Below are positions 8,712 through 18,082 of a stretch of 64,000 nucleotides of DNA, one piece after another. Location of the stretch: contig VFZL01000013.1 in assembly GCA_016871175.1 (NCBI GenBank), forward strand, positions 646-64,645. Reading direction: 5' to 3'. Below the pieces are notes generated by a model that saw nothing but the letters and a program-made list of their open reading frames with translations, had not been told where the DNA came from and did no database searches. The stretch comes from Acidimicrobiia bacterium (GTDB lineage Bacteria > Acidobacteriota > Vicinamibacteria > Vicinamibacterales > CAVVIG01). The position numbers and the translations under genes were made by a program. How positions within the stretch are numbered: position 1 is the stretch's first letter; every line of letters starts with the position of its first letter.

Positions 8712-9361
8712 GCTTCAATGAGCAGATACCGCGGCCTCGCGGCATCCACCTCGAGCTTCTTGCGCAGCTGGCCGATGAAGACGCGCAAGTATTCCGGATG
8801 CTGTTGCGCCGCATCGCCCCACACGGCCTGCAGCAACCGCGCGTGCTCGATGACACGATTGGGATGACGCGCCATGTACACGAGCAGATTGAACTCCTTC
8901 GGCGTGAGCCGTACTTCCGCGCCTCTGACGTGAACGCGGCGGCTGTCGAAGTCGATGCCGAACGCCCCCAGCTCGAGCGCTGACTCGACGACGTCCTCCG
9001 CCGTGCGCCGCAAGATGGCCCGCGTTCGAGCCAGGAGCTCGTTCGCTCCGTACGGCTTGGTCACATAGTCGTCCGCATCGGAGTCGAAGGCTTCGACTTT
9101 GTCGGTCTCGGCGTCATCGTCAGAGATCACCACCACCGGGACCTTGGAGATGGCCCGGATACGACGGCACAGCTCAATGCCGTCGACATGCGGCAGGTGC
9201 CGGTCGGTGAAGACGAGATGCGGTCGGAACTCCTCGAAACTCGACAGCGCCGATTCCATCTCTGACGCCGTTCTCGCCTGATAGCCGTGAGTGGTCAACA
9301 CCTGCCCCAGATCCTGACCCATGTCACTGTCAACAATCAGCACGCGCGATTTCGCGACCAT
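8678..9361 (-). CDS. OmpR/KdpE-family response regulator (no cognate kinase in the window)
   Basis: 227 aa from ATG 9361, with a GGAGG 5 nt upstream. The receiver domain has (VLIVDSD..FTDRHLPHVDG..VVVISD..YVTKP). The winged-helix output has (RLTPKEFNLLVYMARHPNRV..GYRF). Confidence 0.85.
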   Translation of the reverse strand: MVAKSRVLIVDSDMGQDLGQVLTTHGYQARTASEMESALSSFEEFRPHLVFTDRHLPHVDGIELCRRIRAISKVPVVVISDDDAETDKVEAFDSDADDYVTKPYGANELLARTRAILRRTAEDVVESALELGAFGIDFDSRRVHVRGAEVRLTPKEFNLLVYMARHPNRVIEHARLLQAVWGDAAQQHPEYLRVFIGQLRKKLEVDAARPRYLLIEAWIGYRFNPHG

Positions 9362-9780
9362 GAAACCTCCGTTACGAAGCGCTCGAGTCGACAAGAATCA
9401 ACTGGCTCCTTCCGTGGCCCGTCGACGCCGCGGCGCGCGTCGCGCTTGCCACCGAGCTCGATTGGCTGCGTGAGCGTCGCGAAGATGTCGGCCGGTAACG
9501 CGTGCCGGAGACCGGGTGCGATGTTCTCCCAGCGGAACTCGGTGGTCGGATTGACCGGCCGGCCGGCAAAGGTCCGAGACAGATCCGCGGCTTCCGTGCG
9601 GGCGGCCGCCGCGTGTCGAGCCGGCGATTGCGCTCGAGCTTGCCGGATGGTTTCGCGGAGGGTCACGACCGGCTCGCTCGGCTGTGCGAGCACATGCGGG
9701 GACGGGGTCGCCGTCACCAGGATCATCGTGGCGCTCCGGAGCACGCGCACCAATCGTGTTGCACCAGAGCGGTGACTCAT
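9337..9780 (-). pseudogene. Truncated N-terminal stub of a CzcC/TolC-family outer-membrane efflux protein
   Basis: 147 codons. Signal-like N-terminus, then PVVTLRETIRQARAQSPARHAAAARTEAA..GRPVNPTTEF..LTQPIELGGKRDARRG, the characteristic first about 130 residues of CzcC-type OMFs. Similarity then ends and the frame runs into the regulator gene. A full-length OMF is over 400 aa. Confidence 0.55.
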
Positions 9781-9866
9781 CGGACCCTTTTTGGCAAGGC
9801 TCCATGAGACGCAGATGAGACGACCGACCACCAATTCAGGTAAGCTCGACTCATGGGAGGGCGGCG

Positions 9867-10334
9867 ATGAGGGCGATCCGAGTGATGACGGGGATGATCG
9901 CGGCGGTGGCGGCGGTGATGGCGCTCGTCGGAGCGGCGGTGCAAGCGGCGGATCCGAAGAGCTACGGCAAGGGTGTGTCGATTTCGGAGGCGACCCCCCT
10001 AAGAGACCTCCTGGCGACGCCGTCGAAGTTCGAGGGCAAGACCGTTCGCGTTGAAGGCTACGTGACCGCCGTGTGCGAAGAGATGGGGTGCTGGATGGCG
10101 CTTGCGCCGTCACAGGCGAAGGACGACAAGAGCCTCATCATTCAGGTCGAGCATGGCGTCGTCATGTTCCCGATGAGTGCGAAGGGCTCGCGCGCCGCGG
10201 CGCAGGGAGTCGTGCAGCGCGTGGGATCGCACCAGAGCCGGGAAGCCGCCGAGGAGCTCGCCAAGCAGCAGGGGACATCAGTGGCCGACGTCGGCCAATG
10301 GCACATCCACGCGACAGGGGCGCTGATCTACTGA
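9867..10334 (+). CDS. DUF4920-like periplasmic protein
   Basis: 155 aa with a signal peptide. The central VEGYVTAVCEEMGCWMAL motif is typical of DUF4920. GGGAGGG lies upstream of the ATG. Confidence 0.65.
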   Translation: MRAIRVMTGMIAAVAAVMALVGAAVQAADPKSYGKGVSISEATPLRDLLATPSKFEGKTVRVEGYVTAVCEEMGCWMALAPSQAKDDKSLIIQVEHGVVMFPMSAKGSRAAAQGVVQRVGSHQSREAAEELAKQQGTSVADVGQWHIHATGALIY

Positions 10335-10383
10335 AGAGCTTCGTCGGCCCGTGACCAACGACCAGGACAGCAGCGTCCGGTGA

Positions 10384-12465
10384 CTACCGTCCAGGGGCGA
10401 CCTCCTGCACGAGCTCCTTCGCGTCATACATCTTCGTGAGGGCTTCGAGTATGGCCGCGCTGTGGACGGCGATAGCGCGGCTCCCTTCTGACTCGTCGAT
10501 GTACACGTAGCGGTTTGGCAGCTTCTGCTGGTTGCTGTCGAAATTGAGGCCGATGAGCTCGCCGGCGCGATTGACGATCGGGCTACCAGAGTTCCCGCCT
10601 ATCGTGTCGCCGGTGTAGGCGAAGTTGAGGGGGGTCGCGAGCGCAAGACGGTCCCGTTTCGCCTTCCAGCGCGCGGGAAGGTCGAACGGCGGCTTCTCCC
10701 CGAAGCTTTCCGCGCGGTCGAACAATCCGTAGAACGTCGTCTTCCACGGCACGAGCGTCGTGTCCTCTTCGTATCCGAGGACGCGGCCGTAGCCCAGGCG
10801 CAACGTGAAGGTGGCGTCCGGGTACACCGACTTCCCATACGCCGCGAAGCGCGCCGCTGCGATCTGCTGCCCGGCGGACGCCTCGACGCTGCGCAGCGTG
10901 GAGTCCTGCCAGTCCCTGAGCTCACGCGCGATCGGATCGATGCGACGGGCGAGCACGATCAACGGATCGCTCGAGGTGGCAACACCCCGTTCCAGCATCG
11001 TCTTGCGCGTCGCCACGTCGGCGAGACCGGTGCCGACGATGGCCTCCCTGGCCACTTGGCCCGGCTCGCGACCGTGAAGCGCGGCCTTCACGAAGGGATC
11101 ATCCGGACCGAGTGCCCGACGCGCCTCTTCCAGCCAGCCCGTGAGGATCGCCTCCTCCATGGCGGGATACACGGGCGCCGTCGAGAACAGCGCGAACTTG
11201 AGCGCGTCGAGGCGTGAGTCCCGAAACTCCTCGAGTCGCGTGTCGCTCGCCTTCTTGATCTCCTGCTCGTAGCGCACCAGCGTCGTCGCGTAGCCGCCCA
11301 GACGGGACGGCGACAGGGTGGAGAAGGCCAACCGCGTCGCGCGAGCCGGCACGTCGCGGTAGAGCTCGTCGATGCGGTCCCACGCCGAGGCGTACTGCTG
11401 CTGCCACGTCGCGTCGGCCGCCACCTTCGCGCGGAGCGCCTTGTCCTCCTCTGCCTTGCGCGCCAGGATGCGCGGGTTCTCGAGCCCTTGCTGCTGGCCC
11501 ACGAGCCGCTTCAACGAGTTCTCGAGCGACCGGATCGTGCCTGCCGCCTGGCGAGCCGCTTCCGCGTTGGACTGTCCGTAGGCCGCCAAGGTGTGCCGCC
11601 GCGATTCCCAGACACGACACTGGAGCGGATTGCCGATATCGCGCTGATAGGTGATCTGCGTCATGGTCAGCAGGCGATCGGTCGAGCCAGGAAGACCCGA
11701 CAAGACGATGAACTCGCCGTCGGTGGCGCCCTTCTCCGACCACCGGAGGAAGCGCTCGGTCCGCGCGGGCCGTCCGTTCTCGTACGCGCGCAAGAACGCG
11801 ATGTCGAGGTCGTGACGCGGGAACACGAAGTTGTCGTAGTCGCCGCCGAAGTAGGCGATCTGTTCCTCTGGCGCGAACACGAGCCGGATGTCGGTGTACT
11901 TCTTGTAGCGATAGAGCCAGTACTCGCCACCGCTGTAGAGCGTCACGACGTCGGACCGGAGCCCGGTCTTGTCGAACGACTCCTTCTCGATGGTGGCGAT
12001 GGTCGATCGCCGGGCGGCCGCGGCCGCGGCATCGCTCGCGCCCGGCTCTACAGCATCTTGCACGCGTCGCGTGACGTCCTCGAACGAGACGAGCACGTTC
12101 GCCTCGAGATCCGGACACTTCAGCTCGGCATCACGCGTGGCGGCGTAGTAGCCATCGCGCACGAGATCGCGTGTCGCCGTCGAGAGCTTCTGCAGCTGAC
12201 CCGCGGCCACGTGCTGATTGGTCAGGATCAGGCCGTTCGGAGAGACGAACGACGCGCTTCCACCGCCGCTGCCGCCGTCGATGAGGCGAATCGACGACAG
12301 GCGGAGATGGTCGAGCCACGCGTTGGACGGTTCGAACTGGTAGCGTTCCCGCCACTGCTGCCGCGGGGGGTTGTCGAACGTCCACATCCCCTCGTCTGCC
12401 TGCAGGGTCGACACGATCAGAACCGCGCACGCCCCGATCGCGATGACCGCCTGGCGCTTGATCAT
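10384..12465 (-). CDS. S46-family dipeptidyl-peptidase (DPP7/DPP11-like)
   Basis: 693 aa. Signal peptide followed by the hallmark [12 protein letters not shown]. Has ILTNQHV (His) and [10 protein letters not shown] (Ser) motifs. Confidence 0.9.
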   Translation of the reverse strand: MIKRQAVIAIGACAVLIVSTLQADEGMWTFDNPPRQQWRERYQFEPSNAWLDHLRLSSIRLIDGGSGGGSASFVSPNGLILTNQHVAAGQLQKLSTATRDLVRDGYYAATRDAELKCPDLEANVLVSFEDVTRRVQDAVEPGASDAAAAAARRSTIATIEKESFDKTGLRSDVVTLYSGGEYWLYRYKKYTDIRLVFAPEEQIAYFGGDYDNFVFPRHDLDIAFLRAYENGRPARTERFLRWSEKGATDGEFIVLSGLPGSTDRLLTMTQITYQRDIGNPLQCRVWESRRHTLAAYGQSNAEAARQAAGTIRSLENSLKRLVGQQQGLENPRILARKAEEDKALRAKVAADATWQQQYASAWDRIDELYRDVPARATRLAFSTLSPSRLGGYATTLVRYEQEIKKASDTRLEEFRDSRLDALKFALFSTAPVYPAMEEAILTGWLEEARRALGPDDPFVKAALHGREPGQVAREAIVGTGLADVATRKTMLERGVATSSDPLIVLARRIDPIARELRDWQDSTLRSVEASAGQQIAAARFAAYGKSVYPDATFTLRLGYGRVLGYEEDTTLVPWKTTFYGLFDRAESFGEKPPFDLPARWKAKRDRLALATPLNFAYTGDTIGGNSGSPIVNRAGELIGLNFDSNQQKLPNRYVYIDESEGSRAIAVHSAAILEALTKMYDAKELVQEVAPGR

Positions 12466-12477
12466 GGGTGGAACTCC

Positions 12478-12975
12478 TCAACGATAGTTGCCGAAGTGCA
12501 GCGCGACGCCGAAGTCGTGTTCACGCAGCGCGCGAATCGCCTCCTGGAGGTCGTCCTTGGATGGCGATGACACGCGCACTTGATCGCCCTGAATGGCCGC
12601 CTGGACCTTCTTCAGCTTCTTGTCCTTCAGGTGTTTCACGATCTCGCGAGCGGCTTCGATCGGAATTCCTTCCTGGATCGTGATGATGCGCCGGACGGTG
12701 CCACCGGCCGCGGGTTCCGAATCGGGCACTGTGAAATTCTTGAGGGGCACGCTCCGGCGGACCAGCCGTGTCTGCAGGATCTCCCACAGCGCGTTCATCT
12801 TCATCTCGTCGTCCGCGATGAGCGTCAACGTTTTTTCGGCTGCGTTCAGTGTGATCTCGGCTTTGGCTCCCTTGAAGTCGTAACGCTGTCCGACCTCTTT
12901 GCGAGCCTGGTTGAGCGCGTTGTCCACTTCCTGGAAATCCACCGGTGAGGTGACGTCGAACGATGAGGTCGCCAT
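12478..12975 (-). CDS. yajQ: YajQ-family nucleotide (c-di-GMP)-binding protein
   Basis: 165 aa. MATSSFDVTSPVDFQEVDNALNQARKEVGQRYDFKG .. FGNYR matches the UPF0234/YajQ family end to end. Confidence 0.9.
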   Translation of the reverse strand: MATSSFDVTSPVDFQEVDNALNQARKEVGQRYDFKGAKAEITLNAAEKTLTLIADDEMKMNALWEILQTRLVRRSVPLKNFTVPDSEPAAGGTVRRIITIQEGIPIEAAREIVKHLKDKKLKKVQAAIQGDQVRVSSPSKDDLQEAIRALREHDFGVALHFGNYR

Positions 12976-13057
12976 GGAGGAATCTTACGATCTCTTGAAG
13001 ATTGGCGATTGCAGATTGAGGATGGGAAGTTGGTCGCGAGTATGATGCTCTTCAGGC

Positions 13058-13921
13058 ATGAGTCCCACCCACGGCGTGTTCGCTGCGGCCGTCGCACGTG
13101 TTCAGGTGGTCCGGATGCGAGACGGTCGCCCGGTTGACGCCACGGACTACGTGGCGGTCGAGGCCCCCTTGCAGGTCCGTATCGGTGGCGTGCCGTTTGC
13201 GACGATCATGCGGACTCCCGGGCAGGACCGCGAACTCGCCGCGGGGTTTCTCTTCGCGGAACGTGTCCTTCGACACCCGGACGACCTCGGCACCATCGAG
13301 CACTGCGTCGACACGGACGCGTCGCATCCGGAGAACATCGTGAACGTCGGGTTGACGGGAGCGTCGGCGGCGGCCGCCGCGGAGGCCCTCGCGGGACGCC
13401 GTGCCGTCGTGGCCTCGTCCGCGTGCGGGGTCTGCGGACGACGGTCGATTGAGGAGTTGGCCACGGACTGTGTGCCGGTCGAGCCGGTGCCGGACATCAG
13501 CGGGTCGGTGATTGCGGCGTTGCCCGCAGCATTACGGCGCGGGCAATCAGCGTTCCAACAGACTGGCGGCCTGCACGCGGCCGGTCTTTTCGCCACCGAT
13601 GGCAGCTTGATCGCGGCCGCTGAGGACGTGGGGCGTCACAACGCCGTCGACAAAGTCGTCGGCGGACGCGTGCTCCGCGACGAGCTACCGCTGCGGAACA
13701 CGTTGCTCTGCGTCAGCGGTCGCACGTCGTTCGAGATCGTGCAGAAGGCATGGGCGGCGGGAATCCCTTGCGTCGTCGCGGTGTCCGCGCCGTCGAGTCT
13801 GGCGATCGAGGTGGCCGAAGCAGCCGGCATCACACTCGTCGGGTTCGCGCGCGACGGTGGCTTCAATACGTACACAGGGCAGGTCGGCGGGTCGACAGGT
13901 CAGCGGGACGCGGACAGGTAG
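13058..13921 (+). CDS. fdhD: Formate dehydrogenase accessory sulfurtransferase FdhD
   Basis: 287 aa. Motifs EAPLQVRIGG, MRTPGQDRELAAGFLF, SSACGVCG and GRHNAVDKVVG. Confidence 0.85.
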   Translation: MSPTHGVFAAAVARVQVVRMRDGRPVDATDYVAVEAPLQVRIGGVPFATIMRTPGQDRELAAGFLFAERVLRHPDDLGTIEHCVDTDASHPENIVNVGLTGASAAAAAEALAGRRAVVASSACGVCGRRSIEELATDCVPVEPVPDISGSVIAALPAALRRGQSAFQQTGGLHAAGLFATDGSLIAAAEDVGRHNAVDKVVGGRVLRDELPLRNTLLCVSGRTSFEIVQKAWAAGIPCVVAVSAPSSLAIEVAEAAGITLVGFARDGGFNTYTGQVGGSTGQRDADR

Positions 13922-13930
13922 GTCGACAGG

Positions 13931-15496
13931 ATGGCGATGATAGAGCTCGCAAGGACACTAGGCGTGCTGTCCCTCTCGAGTGCGCTCGTGGCATCGAGCG
14001 TCGCGGCGCCCTCGATCGAGGAGGCCTTTGCGACGTTCTGGCGGGCTACGACCGTGGCAGACGTGATCACCGCCGCAGATGACGTGGTGCAGTCGGGCGT
14101 GTCCTTCGATGAGGCGTATGCGCGGCTTCAGCGGGGCCGGCCGTACTCCGCAGACGTTCCCAGGGGTGTCGTGAAGCTGTCCCGCCGCACGTCCGCCAGA
14201 GAGTTCCCCTACACGCTCGACGTGCCGACGAGCTACGACCCGGCGAAGCGCTATCAGGTCCGCGTCCAGTTGCACGGCGGCGTTCTGCGACCGGAGCCGG
14301 GCCCTCGGGGTGACGGCTCGAGTGGCGCGCTCGCGGGCGCCGAGCAGATCTACGTACTGCCGCAGTCGTGGGCCGACGCGCAGTGGTGGGAGACGAGTCA
14401 GATCGAGAACGTGGCCGCGGTCCTCGACAGCGTGAAGCGTACCTACAATGTCGATGAGAATCGCATCGTCCTGTCTGGCGTGTCCGACGGCGGGACCGCC
14501 ACCTACTTCTTCGCGATGCGCGAAACCACCCCGTTCGCCAGCTTTCTTCCGCTGAACGGGTTCGTTCTCGTGTTGAGGAATCGTGACCTTGGCATCCGCG
14601 GCGCGCTCTTCCCCCACAACATGACGAACAAGCCGTTCTTCGTGGTGAACGGCGGTCAGGATCACCTCTATCCGACCTCACGGGTCGATCGCTTCATCAC
14701 CAGCTTCAAGCAGAGTGGCCTCTCGGTGGACTACCGTCCGCAGCCCGAGGCCGGGCACAACACGGCGTGGTGGCCACAGCTGAAGGCCGCGTACGAGTCA
14801 TTCGTGGCGGAACATCCTCGCGAGCCGCATCCGCCGACGCTCACCTGGACGACCGACGACCCGACGACGCGCAATCGCGCGCACTGGCTGGTGATCGACA
14901 AGCTGGGATCGCTACGGCCGAGCGAGGAGCTGCCGGACATCAACAATCTGGACCGGGGCCGGGAACCGAACTTTGGCTTGCGTTCTGTTGGCATGCGCGT
15001 GGCGTCCGTGTTGCCGGGATCGAACGCGCTCGATTTCGGCTTCCAGCCGGGGGACGTCGTCGAGAGCGTGAATGGACGTGCGCTACCGAGAGGAGTCGAG
15101 CTCACTGAATTCCTCTCCATCTTCCAGCCCGGCGACAACCTGCGTTTCGTCGTCTCGCGAGGGGATCGGATGGTGGAGCTGGAGGGCACGTATCGACCCT
15201 CGCTGATGCGGAGCGTGTCGCCAATCTTCGTCACGAACGCACCGGTCGGCCGTGTCGACATCAGGCGGGAGGGAAATCAGTTCCGCGCACAAACGCGCGG
15301 CGTGGCGGCGTTCACGCTGCTCCTCTCGCCGGCCGTGATCGACTTCGCCAGGCCCATCACCGTGATCGCCGACGGCCGGACCGTGTTCGAAGGCGTCGTG
15401 CAGAAGAGCGTGGCCACCCTGATGAAGTGGGCCGCGCGCGATCACGATCGCACGATGCTGTACGCCGCGGACATCCGAGTGACCGTGACCCCATGA
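13931..15496 (+). CDS. Secreted alpha/beta-hydrolase (esterase/peptidase-like) with a PDZ domain
   Basis: 521 aa with a signal peptide. Nucleophile elbow GVSDGG lies in a hydrolase-like N-terminal half. The PDZ-like segment is GMRVASVLPGSNALDFGFQPGDVVESVNGRAL. Confidence 0.55.
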   Translation: MAMIELARTLGVLSLSSALVASSVAAPSIEEAFATFWRATTVADVITAADDVVQSGVSFDEAYARLQRGRPYSADVPRGVVKLSRRTSAREFPYTLDVPTSYDPAKRYQVRVQLHGGVLRPEPGPRGDGSSGALAGAEQIYVLPQSWADAQWWETSQIENVAAVLDSVKRTYNVDENRIVLSGVSDGGTATYFFAMRETTPFASFLPLNGFVLVLRNRDLGIRGALFPHNMTNKPFFVVNGGQDHLYPTSRVDRFITSFKQSGLSVDYRPQPEAGHNTAWWPQLKAAYESFVAEHPREPHPPTLTWTTDDPTTRNRAHWLVIDKLGSLRPSEELPDINNLDRGREPNFGLRSVGMRVASVLPGSNALDFGFQPGDVVESVNGRALPRGVELTEFLSIFQPGDNLRFVVSRGDRMVELEGTYRPSLMRSVSPIFVTNAPVGRVDIRREGNQFRAQTRGVAAFTLLLSPAVIDFARPITVIADGRTVFEGVVQKSVATLMKWAARDHDRTMLYAADIRVTVTP

Positions 15497-17130
15497 TCGC
15501 GTTCACCGGCGCCAGCAAGCAGTACGGTCGTCAAGTCCTCTTCGTCGATGCCTCCTTCCAATTGAATCCCGGCGAGAAGGTCGGCCTCGTCGGCCCGAAC
15601 GGCTCGGGCAAGACGACGATCTTTCGGATGATCACGGGGGAAGAGCACCCGGACGAAGGCGACGTGTCGGTGCCTCGCAAGATGACCGTCGGATACTTCC
15701 GCCAGGACGTCGAGGAGATGTCGGGCCGGTCGGTGCTCGACGAAGCGATCGCCGGTGGCGGCCGCCTGGGCGCGCTGCATCACGAGCTCGAAGCGCTGCA
15801 GCATGCCATGTCGGATCCGAGCCAGGCCGATACAATGGGCACAATTCTGGCCCGATTCGGAGAAGTGCAGGAGGAATACGATCACCTGGGCGGCTACGCG
15901 CTCGAGAGCCGCACGCGCGAGGTCCTGCTCGGACTCGGCTTCGACGACGAGCGGATCGACGGGGATGTCGGGGCGTTGTCTGGTGGCTGGAAGATGCGCG
16001 TGGCGATGGCGCGCGTCTTGTTGGCCGATCCCGACGTGCTCTTGATGGACGAGCCGACCAACCACCTCGACATCGAGTCGATCATCTGGCTCGAGTCGTT
16101 CTTGAAGTCGAGAACGGGCTCGCTGCTCATGACGTCGCACGATCGCGACTTCATGAATCGAATCGTGTCGAAGATCGCCGAGATCGACGGCGGCGAGATC
16201 GCGATGTACTCCGGCAACTACGATTTCTACGAGCGCGAGCGCGCGATTCGTGAAGCCAATCGTGAGGCAGCCTACGCGCGCCAGCAGGCGATGCTCGCGA
16301 AGGAGCAGCGGTTCATCGAGCGATTCGCGGCACATGCTGCCAAAGCCGCGCAGGTCCAGAGCCGCGTCAAGGCCCTCGAGAAGATCGAGAGGATCGAGCT
16401 GCCGAAGAAGCGTCGCGTCGTGAAGTTCGATTTCCGGCAACCGCCTCGCTCAGGGGAGCAGGTGGTCGCGCTCGATGGGGTGACGAAGGCGTACGGTCGA
16501 CGCGTCGTGCACGATGGGTTGAGCCTGCACGTACGCCGCGGCGAGCGGTGGGCCGTGATGGGAAAGAACGGCGCGGGCAAATCGACGCTGCTCAAGATGA
16601 TTGCGGGCGCGATCCCGCCAGATCGCGGCGAGGTGAAGCTCGGTGCCAGCCTGAAGATGGGCTACTTCGCGCAGCAGGCACTCGACGTGCTCGACCCCGA
16701 CGCGACCATCGAGGAGCAGTTGACGCACGACTTCCCGCACGAATCGCCTGGCGTTCTGCGTAACCTCGCCGGGGCCTTCCAGTTCTCCGGGGATGACGTG
16801 GACAAGAAGATTCGCGCGCTTTCTGGCGGGGAGAAGACGAGGCTGGTCATCGCGCGGATGCTGCTCGACCCACCGAATCTCCTGGTCCTCGACGAGCCCA
16901 CCAACCACCTCGATCTCGCGACGAAGGACATGTTGCTCGAAGCGCTCAAGACCTTCGACGGCACGATGATCTTCGTGTCGCACGACCGGGCGTTTCTGCG
17001 CGGCCTGAGCAACCGCGTCATCGAGCTCGGCGGCGAATCTGGCACCGACGCGCAGCCGCATCTCTACCCCGGCACGTACGACGAGTACGTCGCCCGCACC
17101 GGCCACGAGGCGCCGGGGATTCACAACTGA
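15493..17130 (+). CDS. ABC-F family ATPase (tandem ABC domains, no TMD)
   Basis: Start moved to ATG 15493 (ATGA overlap with the upstream stop). Two Walker A sites (GPNGSGKTT, GKNGAGKST), two signature motifs (LSGGWKMR, LSGGEKTR) and a long inter-domain linker. Confidence 0.9.
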   Translation: MIAFTGASKQYGRQVLFVDASFQLNPGEKVGLVGPNGSGKTTIFRMITGEEHPDEGDVSVPRKMTVGYFRQDVEEMSGRSVLDEAIAGGGRLGALHHELEALQHAMSDPSQADTMGTILARFGEVQEEYDHLGGYALESRTREVLLGLGFDDERIDGDVGALSGGWKMRVAMARVLLADPDVLLMDEPTNHLDIESIIWLESFLKSRTGSLLMTSHDRDFMNRIVSKIAEIDGGEIAMYSGNYDFYERERAIREANREAAYARQQAMLAKEQRFIERFAAHAAKAAQVQSRVKALEKIERIELPKKRRVVKFDFRQPPRSGEQVVALDGVTKAYGRRVVHDGLSLHVRRGERWAVMGKNGAGKSTLLKMIAGAIPPDRGEVKLGASLKMGYFAQQALDVLDPDATIEEQLTHDFPHESPGVLRNLAGAFQFSGDDVDKKIRALSGGEKTRLVIARMLLDPPNLLVLDEPTNHLDLATKDMLLEALKTFDGTMIFVSHDRAFLRGLSNRVIELGGESGTDAQPHLYPGTYDEYVARTGHEAPGIHN

Positions 17131-17239
17131 CGCCGGCGCGACAGGGAGCAGAGAGCCAGGCCCCGCGCCATCCGCGGCTGTCGTCTGTCGGCCGTCAACT
17201 CTCGTCCTCTGCTCGCGTCTCCCTATCCGCTCTCGAAGT

Positions 17240-18079
17240 TCAGCGCTTCTCACCCGTCACCGGCTGGCAGGAGGGGCACCAGTACGTGAGGCGCGCGTCG
17301 GGCGCGCGCTTGTCCAGGGTGATCGGCGTGCCGCAGCGGCGGCAGGGTTCGTTGGCGCGGCCGTAGACCCACAGGCCCTTCGAGGGAGACAGGCTGCCGG
17401 TGGTGCGTCGGCCCGGCACGGGAGCCAACGTCCGCATGCGCGGCGTCACGTTGAGGCGAAGCTGCGTGCGCGCTTCGTGCAAGAGCGACGTCAACTGATT
17501 GTCGATGAGATCGCGTGTGAGTGCGTGCGGGTGAATGCGAGCCGCGAAGAGCACCTCCGACTTGAACACGTTGCCGAGGCCGGCGACGACGCGCTGGTTG
17601 AGGACGACGTCGGCGATTGGCTCGTCGGGGTGTGCGCGGAGGCGGAGCATCGCTTCAGCGACGTCGAAGGCGGGCTCCAGGAGGTCTGGACCGAGCGCAG
17701 ACAGCAGAGTGTGGCGATCGAGATCGCGCGCCTGGAGGAACTCCGCTTCTGGCACGAGAAAGGCGACGGCGAGAAATCGATCCGTGGCCACGACGATCCG
17801 CATATCGCGACGTGGACGGCACCAGCGTTCTCCGGGACGGTAGAGATGCCAGCTGCCGTGCATGCGCATGTGGGTGCGCAGGACGAGATCGCCCGAGAAC
17901 GCCATGAGCAGATGCTTGCCGCGCGCGCGTATCGACTCGACGCGTCGGCCCGCAAGCGGCTGCCGGGCATCGACCCGCGTCAATGCCGGATACACCGACT
18001 CGAAGGCCGTGACCACATACCCGGTGAGCGCCCGATTGAGCGTCTCCGCGGCACGGAAGATCGTGTCGCCCCCTGGCAC
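17240..18079 (-). CDS. nei: Fpg/Nei-family DNA glycosylase (Nei2-like) with an atypical N-terminus MPGGD
   Basis: 279 aa. Has an H2TH region (LNQRVVAGLGNVFKSEVLFAARIHP) and a C-terminal zinc finger CRRCG..CPSCQ. The N-terminus is GTG-CCA-GGG-GGC-GAC (M-P-G-G-D) instead of the family's M-P-E-G/L. Sits 3 nt downstream of the lhr stop. Confidence 0.8.
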   Translation of the reverse strand: MPGGDTIFRAAETLNRALTGYVVTAFESVYPALTRVDARQPLAGRRVESIRARGKHLLMAFSGDLVLRTHMRMHGSWHLYRPGERWCRPRRDMRIVVATDRFLAVAFLVPEAEFLQARDLDRHTLLSALGPDLLEPAFDVAEAMLRLRAHPDEPIADVVLNQRVVAGLGNVFKSEVLFAARIHPHALTRDLIDNQLTSLLHEARTQLRLNVTPRMRTLAPVPGRRTTGSLSPSKGLWVYGRANEPCRRCGTPITLDKRAPDARLTYWCPSCQPVTGEKR

Positions 18080-18082
18080 GGC

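Noticed and set aside
9322-9345. The response-regulator acidic pocket reads VDSD instead of DD/DE, considered as a pseudo-receiver.
   Set aside because: The phospho-acceptor Asp (FTD), the conserved Ser (VVVISD) and Lys (VTKP) are all present. One acidic residue remains, so the evidence for a non-phosphorylatable receiver is weak.
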